64,000 nucleotides of DNA, taken from contig CAYYUV010000002.1 in assembly GCA_964474405.1 (NCBI GenBank), positions 19,349 to 83,348 of the forward strand, in the 5' to 3' direction. The notes below the pieces were generated by a model. It searched no databases and was not told the DNA's origin. It saw only the letters and a list, made by a program, of their open reading frames with translations. This DNA is from an uncultured Oscillospiraceae bacterium (GTDB lineage: Bacteria > Bacillota > Clostridia > Christensenellales > CAG-138). The position numbers and the translations under genes were made by a program. Positions 37,657-46,369 of the stretch are shown here, in pieces; within the stretch, counting starts at the first letter, position 1, and each line of letters begins with the position of its first letter.

Positions 37657-38255
37657 TGCTGTATTATTTCGGAAAATATGTGCTTGCGCCGTTGGCATGG
37701 CTGCTGTTCCGCCCCAAGGTAGCGGGCTGGAAGCATCTCAACCAAAAGGGCAAGGTCGTCTATGTCTGCAACCACGCATCCATGGCCGATCCCATCGGCA
37801 TCGCGATCGTCTGTCCCCGGATCGTGCATTTTATGGCAAAGGAATCGCTGTTTCGCAGCGCGATTGCAAAGTTTTTTTTCAAGATCCTGCTGGTGTTCCC
37901 GGTTTCGCATGAATCGGCCGATCTGCGGTCGATCAAAAAAGCGCTGAAGCTGTTGGACAAGGGCAAGGCGTTCGGCATCTTTCCCGAGGGTCATCGCTCC
38001 GCGCTGGGCGACGTGATGGACCGCATGCAGAAGGGCGCCGCGTTCATCGCGCTGCGCGCCAACGCGCCGATCGTGCCGATCTATCTGGATCCGCACACGT
38101 TCTCCCGCTTCCGCATCCGCATGGCGGTGGGCGAGCCCATCCTGCCCGCGCGCGTGTGCGTCGAGAACACCGAAATGAAGCCCGTTGAGGCCGTTACCAA
38201 CGCCGTCACCGACGCGCTGTACCGGCTGCGCGGAACGTGCGAGGCGCTCGGGTGA
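37656..38255 (+). CDS. plsC: 1-acyl-sn-glycerol-3-phosphate acyltransferase
   Basis: NHASMADP (HX4D) and FPEGHRS motifs. Confidence 0.85.
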
Positions 38256-40642
38256 GGGTGCTGGTTGCGCGGCACGGCGGCTTCTGCTTCGGCGTCAAGC
38301 GCGCGGTGGATCTGGCACTTGCCGCGGCGGACACCGATGGCAGGGTATACACCTACGGCAGCATCATCCACAACGAGCGCGTGGTGGACGAGCTGTGCAA
38401 AAAGGGCGTCGTTCCAACGCAGACGCTTGCCTGCCTCAAAGGCGGCGACACACTGATCATCCGCGCGCATGGCGCGCCGGTTTCGGTACCGGAAGAGGCG
38501 GCGCGGCGCGGCATCGCCGTGATCGACGCCACCTGCCCGTTTGTCGCGCGGATTCACCGTCTGGTTGAAAAAGCCGCGGCGGAGGGCATCCCCGTTTATC
38601 TGGCGGGCGAACGCGGGCATCCCGAGGTTTTGGGCATCGAAAGCCGTTGCGGAAACTGTACGGTGCTATCCTCGCCGGAGGAGGCGGCCGCCGTGCCGCC
38701 GGCACCGCGCGGCCTGTTCGTCGCCCAAACCACGCAGTCCCCCGCGCATGCGGCCGCGATCGCTGGCGCACTGCGCACACGGGTGGCGGCGCTGACCGTG
38801 GAAAACACCATTTGCGACACGACGGCGCTTCGCCAGCGCGAGGCGGAGACCATCGCCCGACGGTGTACGCGGGTGTATGTTTTGGGTTCAGCCGCCAGCG
38901 CAAACACGCGCGCGCTGCTCAAAATCTGCCAACGGTTCGCACCGCGCGCCGAATTGTTAGAAAATATCGGGAAATTTTCTCTTGAATTATTTACATCCGA
39001 TGATATAATAGGTATTGTCGCAGGCGCATCGACGCCCGACGCGATGATTAGGGAGGTATTACAAGGAATGAGCGAACAGGAAAAAACGACGATTGAGACC
39101 ATTGAAGCGGAAGCTCCCGCGGAGGTTGTCGTCGAACCCACCACTTCAGAGGCGCCTCAGTCCGCCGAGCCGGTAGCGCCCGCTGCCGAGGCGGAGACCC
39201 CCGCCAGCCAGGAACCCGCACCCGCTGCCGCCGTTATCGAAGAGCCGGTCAACCCCGACGATTTTGAGCAGGCGTTTGAACAGACCGTCAAACGGATTCG
39301 CCCCAACCAGGTGATTACGGGTACCGTGCTGCAGGTCGTGGATGGCGAGATATTTGTCAACGTTGGCTACAAGGCAGACGGCGTAATTCCCAGGGGCGAG
39401 TTTTCCTCGGATTCCGAGGTTAACCCGGCGGAGATTCTGAAGGAAGGCGACAGCATCGACGTCGAGGTCGTTAAGGTCAACGACGGCGAGGGCAACGTGT
39501 TGCTCTCTCGCAAGAACGTCGAGGGCAAGAAGCTGTGGGACGAGCTGCTTTCGCAGGATGTCGAAGGGACAAACTTCGAAGCAGTGGTCAAGGAAGTCGT
39601 CAAGGCCGGCCTCATTGCGGAGATCGGCGGCGGCATCCGCGCGTTCATTCCCGCTTCGCATGTCTCCACCCGCTATGTGGAGAACCTGAGCGAATATGTG
39701 GGCAAGACGATGAACGTTAAGGTGCTGGAGGTAGACCGCCAGCGCAAGCGCATCGTCGCTTCCGCCAAGCAGGTTTTGCTGGAGGAGGCCGCTTCCGCCA
39801 AGAAGGAAAAATGGGAAAAGCTGGTCGTGGGCGAGAAGGTTCCCGGTACGGTTCGCCGCATCACCGATTTCGGCGCGTTTGTCGATATCGGCGGTTTGGA
39901 TGGGCTTGTGCATGTGACCGACTGCGCATGGGGCCGCGTTAAGCATCCGTCCGACGTTCTGTCCATCGGGCAGGAGATCGAGGTTCTGATCCTCAATGTC
40001 GACGTTGAGAAGGAGCGCATTTCCCTCGGTTATAAGCAGCTTCAGCCCAAGCCCTGGACAATGGCCGGTGAGAAATATCCCGTCGGCAGCATCGTGGAGG
40101 GCAAGGTCGTCCGCATTGTGCCGTTTGGCGCGTTTGTGGCGCTGGAGCCGACCATCGACGGCCTGATCCACATCTCTCAGGTTGCGGTTCGCCGCATCGA
40201 GAAGGTTGAGGATGAGCTGAAAGTCGGCGATCTGGTTCGCTGCAAGGTGCTCGAGGTCAACGTCGAAGCAAAGCGGATCAGTCTGTCGCGCAAAGAGGCG
40301 CTGCTTGAGGAGAATCCGGAAATCGCGGAACAGCTCGCCGCCGAGAAGGCCGAGCGCGATCGCGTATATCAGGAGCGTCGTGCCCAGCGTGAGCAGCAGC
40401 CCCAGCAGCCGCAGCAGCAGCAGCAGCCCCAGCAGCAGGAGCGCCGTCAGCGCAGCAGCGCGCCCAGCTCCCCGTACCATGCGCAGCCCGCATCCGACAA
40501 CGGGGATCGCCGTGACGCCCGCCCGGATCGCCGCCGCCGCAACAACGAGGATGGCGACTACGAACTGCCGCCGGTCACCAGCACGACCACGTCGCTGGCC
40601 GATCTGTTTGCAGGGTTCAAGGTAGACGACGAAGACAAGTAA
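38237..40642 (+). CDS. ispH: Fusion of 4-hydroxy-3-methylbut-2-enyl diphosphate reductase and ribosomal protein S1
   Basis: N-terminal IspH (GFCFGVKRAV, three Cys-containing segments). Four S1 domains follow. Gln-rich tail (QQPQQPQQQQQPQQQ). Confidence 0.9.
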   Translation: MRGARVRVLVARHGGFCFGVKRAVDLALAAADTDGRVYTYGSIIHNERVVDELCKKGVVPTQTLACLKGGDTLIIRAHGAPVSVPEEAARRGIAVIDATCPFVARIHRLVEKAAAEGIPVYLAGERGHPEVLGIESRCGNCTVLSSPEEAAAVPPAPRGLFVAQTTQSPAHAAAIAGALRTRVAALTVENTICDTTALRQREAETIARRCTRVYVLGSAASANTRALLKICQRFAPRAELLENIGKFSLELFTSDDIIGIVAGASTPDAMIREVLQGMSEQEKTTIETIEAEAPAEVVVEPTTSEAPQSAEPVAPAAEAETPASQEPAPAAAVIEEPVNPDDFEQAFEQTVKRIRPNQVITGTVLQVVDGEIFVNVGYKADGVIPRGEFSSDSEVNPAEILKEGDSIDVEVVKVNDGEGNVLLSRKNVEGKKLWDELLSQDVEGTNFEAVVKEVVKAGLIAEIGGGIRAFIPASHVSTRYVENLSEYVGKTMNVKVLEVDRQRKRIVASAKQVLLEEAASAKKEKWEKLVVGEKVPGTVRRITDFGAFVDIGGLDGLVHVTDCAWGRVKHPSDVLSIGQEIEVLILNVDVEKERISLGYKQLQPKPWTMAGEKYPVGSIVEGKVVRIVPFGAFVALEPTIDGLIHISQVAVRRIEKVEDELKVGDLVRCKVLEVNVEAKRISLSRKEALLEENPEIAEQLAAEKAERDRVYQERRAQREQQPQQPQQQQQPQQQERRQRSSAPSSPYHAQPASDNGDRRDARPDRRRRNNEDGDYELPPVTSTTTSLADLFAGFKVDDEDK

Positions 40643-40665
40643 GCAAGAATAGGATCCATCGGGAG

Positions 40666-40693
40666 GGACGCAGTCATGCGTCCTTCCTTTTTT
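40666..40693 (+). terminator. Intrinsic terminator after ispH-rpsA
   Basis: GGACGCA-GUCA-UGCGUCC followed by UUCCUUUUUU. Confidence 0.75.
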
Positions 40694-40784
40694 GTCCCCT
40701 GATTTGCGCGCGGCGGGGCGGGAGGTGACGGGCAGCAGTCATGCGTCCTTCCTTTTTTGTCCCCTGATTTGCGCGCGGCGGGGC
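40670..40784. repeat. Tandem duplication, 65-bp period (50 bp identical)
   Basis: 40670-40719 equals 40735-40784 (GCAGTCATGCGTCCTTCCTTTTTTGTCCCCTGATTTGCGCGCGGCGGGGC). It includes the terminator's 3' half and U-tract. Confidence 0.9.
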
Positions 40785-40804
40785 AGGGCAAGCGTCGCGC
40801 CAAA

Positions 40805-40845
40805 ACAAAAAAAGGCCGGGCAGGCGCGGTTTTGCCTGCACGGCC
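40805..40845 (-). terminator. Intrinsic terminator for the convergent zinc-ribbon gene
   Basis: Minus strand: GGCCGUGCAGG...CCUGCCCGGCC followed by U7. Confidence 0.7.
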
Positions 40846-40869
40846 GTGGGAACGAAAATCCACAAACAA

Positions 40870-41514
40870 TCAGCCGAGAATACCGATGTCCAGCATGGGC
40901 AGCGCCTGTTGCAGCCGATCCAGAATCGCGGGCATGTCATCCACGAACACGATGTACAGCACGATCATCGCCGAAACCGTCAGGATCAGCGCGATGAGCG
41001 TCAGGATCAGCACGGCCAGAGAGAACCGCTTGAGAGAGGTGTTCTTCCAGTTGCCGCAGCCGAATACGAACATGAACACAAAGCCGATCACCGGAACCTG
41101 AAACAGCAGCAGAAGCAGGATATACTGAACCGTGGTCAAAAGATCCTTGCGCTTTTGCGGCTGTTGCGGCAGCTGCCGCGCGGCGGGCGCAGGCGTATAG
41201 GCGGGCGCGGGCGCATAGACGGGCGCTTCCACGGCGGGCGTGGGTTCTTCTGCGGCAAAAGCGGGCTCCTCTGCGGCGGTATCCGCGCGGGATGCGGCTT
41301 CGCCGGCAAGGGCGCAGGCTTCCGCCGTCACATCCTCCGCGTTTACGGGTGCGGAGTCGGACGCTTCGCCGGCGGGCGCCGGGTCACATTCCGTCTGGCT
41401 TGCAGGCTCCGCCTCGGGCACATGCGCGGGCGCGACGGGGAAGGGATAGCCGCAGCGGAAGCAGAACTTGACGGCATCCTCAACGGCGGTACCGCAATGC
41501 GGACAGTACTTCAT
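40870..41514 (-). CDS. Zinc-ribbon protein with C-terminal TM helices
   Basis: MKYCPHCGTAVEDAVKFCFRCG, an acidic/Ala/Pro linker and three TM helices. AAGGAG RBS. Confidence 0.7.
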   Translation of the reverse strand: MKYCPHCGTAVEDAVKFCFRCGYPFPVAPAHVPEAEPASQTECDPAPAGEASDSAPVNAEDVTAEACALAGEAASRADTAAEEPAFAAEEPTPAVEAPVYAPAPAYTPAPAARQLPQQPQKRKDLLTTVQYILLLLLFQVPVIGFVFMFVFGCGNWKNTSLKRFSLAVLILTLIALILTVSAMIVLYIVFVDDMPAILDRLQQALPMLDIGILG

Positions 41515-41526
41515 GGCAGCTGCTCC

Positions 41527-41937
41527 TTATTTGAAGAATTTGGCAAATTTTCCGAGAAGAGGAAGCCCCTCAAACTTACCCTGCGCCGCCTTAACGATGC
41601 CGATGATGTTGAACACAAACAGCACGACCACCGCGCCCCAGCCGACAAACGGCACGATCAGGCAGATCAGATAGGAGATATACAGCCAGATGCCGTTGTT
41701 GAGATGGAAGCGGACATAGGGCGATTCATGCGCGCCAATCAGCGGAATCAGGATAAACGGCCCGATGTAGCACAGCACGGACAGCGCCTTGTGATCCGCG
41801 ATGTCGGGATCCAGCGGCTTGGGCGGCTCGGGCGCGGGGCGTACGGGCTCACCGGTGGAAGCAGCGGAGGTGCCGCATGCCGGACAGAAATGAACATCGG
41901 CAGGAAGCTCCGTGCCGCACTTAGAACAGAAAGCCAT
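41527..41937 (-). CDS. Zinc-ribbon / DUF4870-like membrane protein
   Basis: Preferred start MAFCSKCGTELPADVHFCPACG (GGAGG upstream). C-terminal HKALSVLCYIGPFILIPLI...RFHLNNGIWL pattern. Confidence 0.7.
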   Translation of the reverse strand: MAFCSKCGTELPADVHFCPACGTSAASTGEPVRPAPEPPKPLDPDIADHKALSVLCYIGPFILIPLIGAHESPYVRFHLNNGIWLYISYLICLIVPFVGWGAVVVLFVFNIIGIVKAAQGKFEGLPLLGKFAKFFK

Positions 41938-42170
41938 AAAGGTTACCTCCAAAATAGGGATAATGGGTATACCATTTCGCGTTTAGTATATCATATCAAT
42001 CGACCCAATTCAACCGATTGCCGCACGGGGTCAAGACGTTTTTTGTCCTTTGCTGATGCGTGCGCGTGCACAGAACAGGCGGGCGGTTTCCCCCACCGGT
42101 CACTGTGCGAGGACGTGCGCGGGAGCTGCATAGCAAAGCGGCGGAAAAGCCCACGTCCGCCGCAGCCCGG

Positions 42171-43103
42171 TCACTGCGCAGGGACGTGCGGGAGCTGCCG
42201 TACGCCTGCGGCAACAAGGGAGGCCATGGCGATGGAGTTAAACTTTTCCTCGGCGGACGATCCGCGCGAGGTCATGACGGCGGGGGCCTTGGCGCCCATG
42301 ATGATGCCGGCCATCAGCGCGCCGACCGTGACGATGTAGCACTTGCCCAGGATGTTGCCCGCTTGCATGTTGGGCATGATCAGACAGTCAAAATCCTCAA
42401 TATACGGGCAGAAAAAACCCTTGTGCTGCGCGATCTCACGGCTCATGGCCACGTCGTAGGAGATGGGGCCGATTACGGCGCAGTCCGGGATCTCGCCGCG
42501 CTCGTTCATCTGCTGCAGCGCGGCCGCATCAACGGTTTCGATCATCTTTTCATTATACTTTTCGATGGCGCAGAGCACGGCAAACTTTGGATACGTATAG
42601 CCCATGGCGTGAAAGGCGTCGTTCGCCTCCTCGATGATATGCTTTTTGTCCTCCAGCGTAGGATACATGATCATACCGCCGTCGGTGTGCATAATGAGCT
42701 TTTTGTAGTTCGGCACCTCAAAAAGGACCAGATGCGTCATGATGTGCCCGGTGCGCAGCCCGTTTTCCTTCTTTACGATCGGCCCCAGAAAATCCTTGGT
42801 TTCCAGCATGCCCTTCATCAGGATCTGTGCCTCGCCATCGCGCACGAGCTCCACCGCGCGCTGGCAGGCGTCCGCATGTGCGGTGTCGATGATGCGGAAC
42901 CGGTCGGGGCTTTGGCCACAGGCGCGGATGAGCCCTTCGATCTCGCGCGCGCAGCCGGTGAACACCGGCACGGCCAATCCCTCACGGTCGGCTTCAAGAG
43001 CGGCTTCGATCACGGGACGGTCCTCGGCGGCGGCGACGGCCAGGGTGTTGCGAACGGGCAGGCGGCGGACGGCGTCGGTAAGCTCGGCAAAATTACGGTA
43101 CAT
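42171..43103 (-). CDS. Phosphate acyltransferase (phosphate butyryl/acetyltransferase family)
   Basis: Preferred start MYRNFAEL (AAGGAG 10 nt upstream; the track start is 43112). LAVAAAEDRPVIEA...MKGMLETKDFL...GAKAPAVMTSRGSSAEEK. Confidence 0.8.
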   Translation of the reverse strand: MYRNFAELTDAVRRLPVRNTLAVAAAEDRPVIEAALEADREGLAVPVFTGCAREIEGLIRACGQSPDRFRIIDTAHADACQRAVELVRDGEAQILMKGMLETKDFLGPIVKKENGLRTGHIMTHLVLFEVPNYKKLIMHTDGGMIMYPTLEDKKHIIEEANDAFHAMGYTYPKFAVLCAIEKYNEKMIETVDAAALQQMNERGEIPDCAVIGPISYDVAMSREIAQHKGFFCPYIEDFDCLIMPNMQAGNILGKCYIVTVGALMAGIIMGAKAPAVMTSRGSSAEEKFNSIAMASLVAAGVRQLPHVPAQ

Positions 43104-43332
43104 CGGCGGCATCTCCTTCTATCTGGCGGCGGCATTGCCCGCCGGTGTTCACGGATACCTTACCCTATTTTTTCCGGCAAGTCAACCGCGCGCGGCGGCG
43201 GAAATAGATTATATTCCCGCCGGGTGTGCGCCGCATGCGAAAACGCTGGAAAAGCGCGGCGCGGTAAGGTATACTGAACAAAAAACAAGGCGGGCAGGCG
43301 CGCTGCCGGAGGCCGCACGGAAAGGAGGCATC

Positions 43333-43908
43333 ATGGCACAGTTCACCAAGCAGGCGATCGCCAAGTCGTTTCTGAAGCTTATCAACAAAATGCCGCTCGA
43401 TAAAATCACCATTCGCGATATTGTGGAGGACTGCGGCATAAACCGGAACACCTTTTATTATCATTTTCGCGACATCTACGATCTGATGGGCTATGTATTC
43501 CGCGAGGAAACGCGTGAGGCGCTGTTCCGCATGGGAACGGACGTGACCACGGAGGGGCGGATCTGCACCGGCATGCGCTTTGCCCTTGAGAACAAGCGCG
43601 CAATTTATCACATCTATCATTCGATCAGCCGCGAGCTGTTTGACGGATATCTGTACGACATATCCCTGGCGCTGATGCAGCGTACGGTCGATGAGCGTGC
43701 GCGCGATTTGCCTGTGACCCAGACGGACAAGCAGCTCGTGTCGGAGCTGCTGGCCTGCACGCTGATGGGGTCTACGCTGTCGTGGGTGGCGGCGGGTATG
43801 CGGGAGGAGCTGACCTGCCGGATTCGCGGCTTCTGCGCCCTGTTTGATGGCAATGAGCTGCAAAACCTGCTGCTTCGATGTGCCGACCGTCTGCACGAGC
43901 CGGTATAA
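43333..43908 (+). CDS. TetR/AcrR-family transcriptional regulator (DhaS-like)
   Basis: AAAGGAGG RBS. ITIRDIVEDCGINRNTFYYHFRDIYDL helix-turn-helix. Confidence 0.85.
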   Translation: MAQFTKQAIAKSFLKLINKMPLDKITIRDIVEDCGINRNTFYYHFRDIYDLMGYVFREETREALFRMGTDVTTEGRICTGMRFALENKRAIYHIYHSISRELFDGYLYDISLALMQRTVDERARDLPVTQTDKQLVSELLACTLMGSTLSWVAAGMREELTCRIRGFCALFDGNELQNLLLRCADRLHEPV

Positions 43909-43948
43909 CGGGCAAAAGGCATCCCCGTCTGTCCGGACAAAACGTTAT

Positions 43949-43978
43949 GCGCCGTCCCAAGCCGGGCGGCGCTTTTTG
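43949..43978 (+). terminator. Intrinsic terminator
   Basis: GCGCCG...CGGCGC stem followed by UUUUU. Confidence 0.6.
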
Positions 43979-44038
43979 GACGGATCGCCGGCCGCGCGAT
44001 GGAGGGTCCGCTAGGCGGGCGGCGCCGGCCGCGATTGC

Positions 44039-44067
44039 TTGACACCCGGTGTCGCTTCTGATATTAT
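44039..44067 (+). promoter_or_regulatory. Near-consensus promoter overlapping the track ORF start
   Basis: TTGACA (44039-44044), 17-nt spacer, TATTAT (44062-44067). Confidence 0.55.
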
Positions 44068-44077
44068 GAAGCCGATT

Positions 44078-45148
44078 ATGAGTACATTTTTGTCTTCGGT
44101 TTGCCGCAGCGGCTGCCGATTCCGCGTTCTTTTGATGCCGGCGCTGCTGGCCGCCGTGCTGTCGGCCGGCTGCTCTTTGGGCTCGGCACAATCGGCCGAG
44201 ACGCCCTCCGCCGCGCCCACGGCGACGGCCGCACAGCAGCAGGTGAGCGTTGCGTTCTCCGTTACGCCGGAGCCGACCCTTGCACCGACCTTCACCCCGA
44301 TCCCCACCGCTACCCCCGCGCCGACGCCGTTCTCCGTGGTATGGATGAGCGACACACAGGTTTATTCCCTGCGGCATGCGGAGGTCTTTTTGTCGATCGC
44401 GGAATGGATCACGCAGAACGCGGAGCAGCAGAACATCCGTTATGTGCTGCACACCGGCGACGTGGTGGACAACGCCAATTCCGCCTCGCAGTGGCAGAAC
44501 GCTTCCGCCGCGCTGGGGCTGATTCAGGATGCGGGGATTCCCATGCTGGCGGTGGCGGGCAATCATGACCTGACAGATGGCAACGGCTATCGCGCGTTTC
44601 TTTCACAGGGCGTGATCGCGGCGCTGCATTCCGAGGATCAGAGCTTCCGCGGCGGCGAGGGCTGTTACGGCCTTTTTTCTGCCGGCGGTGAGGATTTTAT
44701 CGTGATGGGCGTCGGGTTTTCGATCGACGACGGCTTTTATCCATGGGCGCGTGATGTGCTGAAAACCTATTCGGATCGCACGGCCATTCTTTTTACGCAC
44801 AGCGCGCTCGGCAACGACGGCTCGCTTACGGGCCCCGGAAAACGGCTGTCGGATTATGTGGTGGCCGAATCGCCGAATGTCCGGCTCGTCCTTTGCGGGC
44901 ATTATCGCGGCGCAGTGACGCGGCAGCAGACCTATACGGATGCGGACGGCACGACGCGCACGGTGCCTTATCTGATGTATAACTATCAGGAGGACGAGGA
45001 GAAGGGGCTTGGATATCTGCGGATCCTGACCTTTGACCCGGTCGCGCGCACGATCGACGTGCGCACCTATTCGCCGTATCAAAACGACGACAATTATGAC
45101 GACGGACAGCCGGAGCTGGATGCGTTCCGGCTTGCGGCAGCATTTTAG
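44078..45148 (+). CDS. Calcineurin-like metallophosphoesterase lipoprotein
   Basis: Start MSTFLSS... (alternative ATG at 44066; the track TTG at 44039 is the -35 box). Lipobox LSAGC, Pro/Thr linker, VLHTGDVVDN and VAGNHD motifs. Confidence 0.75.
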   Translation: MSTFLSSVCRSGCRFRVLLMPALLAAVLSAGCSLGSAQSAETPSAAPTATAAQQQVSVAFSVTPEPTLAPTFTPIPTATPAPTPFSVVWMSDTQVYSLRHAEVFLSIAEWITQNAEQQNIRYVLHTGDVVDNANSASQWQNASAALGLIQDAGIPMLAVAGNHDLTDGNGYRAFLSQGVIAALHSEDQSFRGGEGCYGLFSAGGEDFIVMGVGFSIDDGFYPWARDVLKTYSDRTAILFTHSALGNDGSLTGPGKRLSDYVVAESPNVRLVLCGHYRGAVTRQQTYTDADGTTRTVPYLMYNYQEDEEKGLGYLRILTFDPVARTIDVRTYSPYQNDDNYDDGQPELDAFRLAAAF

Positions 45149-45160
45149 GGGGTGACGGTT

Positions 45161-46135
45161 GTGATTCGACGCGGAGCATGCGGGATACTGCTGTTGGCAG
45201 TTTTGACGCTTGCCACGGCTTGCACGGGGGGCATGGGCAGCGGTGATGCGGCGCCTGTGCAGACGGCTTCTGCCCAGCCGTCGGAGATGACGGTGAAGCT
45301 GACCATGGCACCGACACCTACACCCGAGCCTACGCCCACGCCGACACCCACGCCCACGCCCACGCCGACCGCGTCGCCGGAGCCGACCGGACGCGCGCTG
45401 CTTGCCTATCAGCTCTCGCTGGAAGAGCGCGCCTATTTTGAGAAGAACGGTGCGGAGGGCACGGATATCGACGCCGTGGTCGCTTCGCTTGCAATCGATC
45501 CGGAGAAAAAGCTCATTGCACTGACGTTTGACGACGGGCCGAGCACCAAGCATACCAATCTGATCCTTGACGTGCTGGAGCAGTACAATGCGCGCGCCAC
45601 ATTCTTTATCATCGGCAACCGCATCGAAAAGAACGCGGACGTTGTCGCGCGGGCGATCGCGCTGAACTGCGAGATTGGCAGCCACACCTGGGGGCATTCC
45701 AACTTCCGCGATTATGAAGCGTCGGTGCTGGTCAGCAGCCTAAAGAAGGTCGATGCGGAGATGCAGAGCAGATACGGCTATCATGTCCGCCTGTTCCGGC
45801 CGACCTACGGCGCGATCAACGACAACGTGACAGCGGGCGCGGCGCGCATGGAATATCCGATGGTGCTATGGTCCGGCAGCACGCACGACTGGAGCAACAA
45901 AAACGCCGACAAGATCTATCAATATTGCTTTGAATGTGCGGCGGACGGCGCCATCGTTCTGTTTCATGACATCTATGACCCGACGGCCGAGGCCATCGCG
46001 CGCATCGTGCCGGATCTGGTCGAGCAAGGCTATCAACTGGTCACCGTGTCGGAGCTGATGTATCTCAGCGGCCAGACCACCCAGCCGGGCGGTCGGTTTT
46101 CCGGCTGGGCCGAGATCGTCGATCCCGGTGACTGA
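45161..46135 (+). CDS. Polysaccharide deacetylase (NodB homology) lipoprotein
   Basis: GTG at 45161, 9 nt after AGGGGG (the track start is 45152). Lipobox LATAC, a (TP)n linker, LTFDDGP, ATFFIIG, GSHTWGH. Confidence 0.85.
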   Translation: MIRRGACGILLLAVLTLATACTGGMGSGDAAPVQTASAQPSEMTVKLTMAPTPTPEPTPTPTPTPTPTPTASPEPTGRALLAYQLSLEERAYFEKNGAEGTDIDAVVASLAIDPEKKLIALTFDDGPSTKHTNLILDVLEQYNARATFFIIGNRIEKNADVVARAIALNCEIGSHTWGHSNFRDYEASVLVSSLKKVDAEMQSRYGYHVRLFRPTYGAINDNVTAGAARMEYPMVLWSGSTHDWSNKNADKIYQYCFECAADGAIVLFHDIYDPTAEAIARIVPDLVEQGYQLVTVSELMYLSGQTTQPGGRFSGWAEIVDPGD

Positions 46136-46197
46136 CGTGCCTCGCTGCTGCCGGCAGGAGCAGCCTTGGCTTTCCGCCAAACCCATAGGCAACGCAC

Positions 46198-46227
46198 CGC
46201 GCGGGCAATCGGCTCGCGCGTTTTTTT
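46198..46227 (+). terminator. Intrinsic terminator
   Basis: CGCGCG...CGCGCG stem followed by U7. Confidence 0.65.
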
Positions 46228-46301
46228 GCCATGCGCGTCCGCGTACACAGAACACAAAGATTAACCCAATATGCAAGGGATTCATCGGCGCATGTGCGCA
46301 G

Positions 46302-46330
46302 AAAAAAACGCGTCCGCACAGCGGGCGCGT
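46302..46330 (-). terminator. Intrinsic terminator for PQQ paralogue 2
   Basis: Minus strand: ACGCGCCCGC-UGU-GCGGACGCGU followed by U7. Confidence 0.7.
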
Positions 46331-46369
46331 CTGTCCATATGCCGCGGTTGCCGCGGTTATGTTCCGTAA

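Noticed and set aside
39146-40480. 444-aa minus-strand ORF. Similar cases are 28215..29585, 19593..20633, 7484..8827(+), 40846..42339(+), 42060..43277(+), 14684..15688, 16506..17402 and 63208..63993.
   Set aside because: All are antisense or out-of-frame shadows of genes with strong homology signatures. They are typical of high-GC DNA, where stop codons are rare.
45310-45372. Short tandem DNA repeats (CCNACNCC units), also at 32345-32412 and ~880-960, that could be mistaken for a repeat array
   Set aside because: They lie in-frame inside CDSs and encode (Thr/Pro)n linkers of secreted or lipoproteins. There is no spacer/repeat organisation, so this is not CRISPR.
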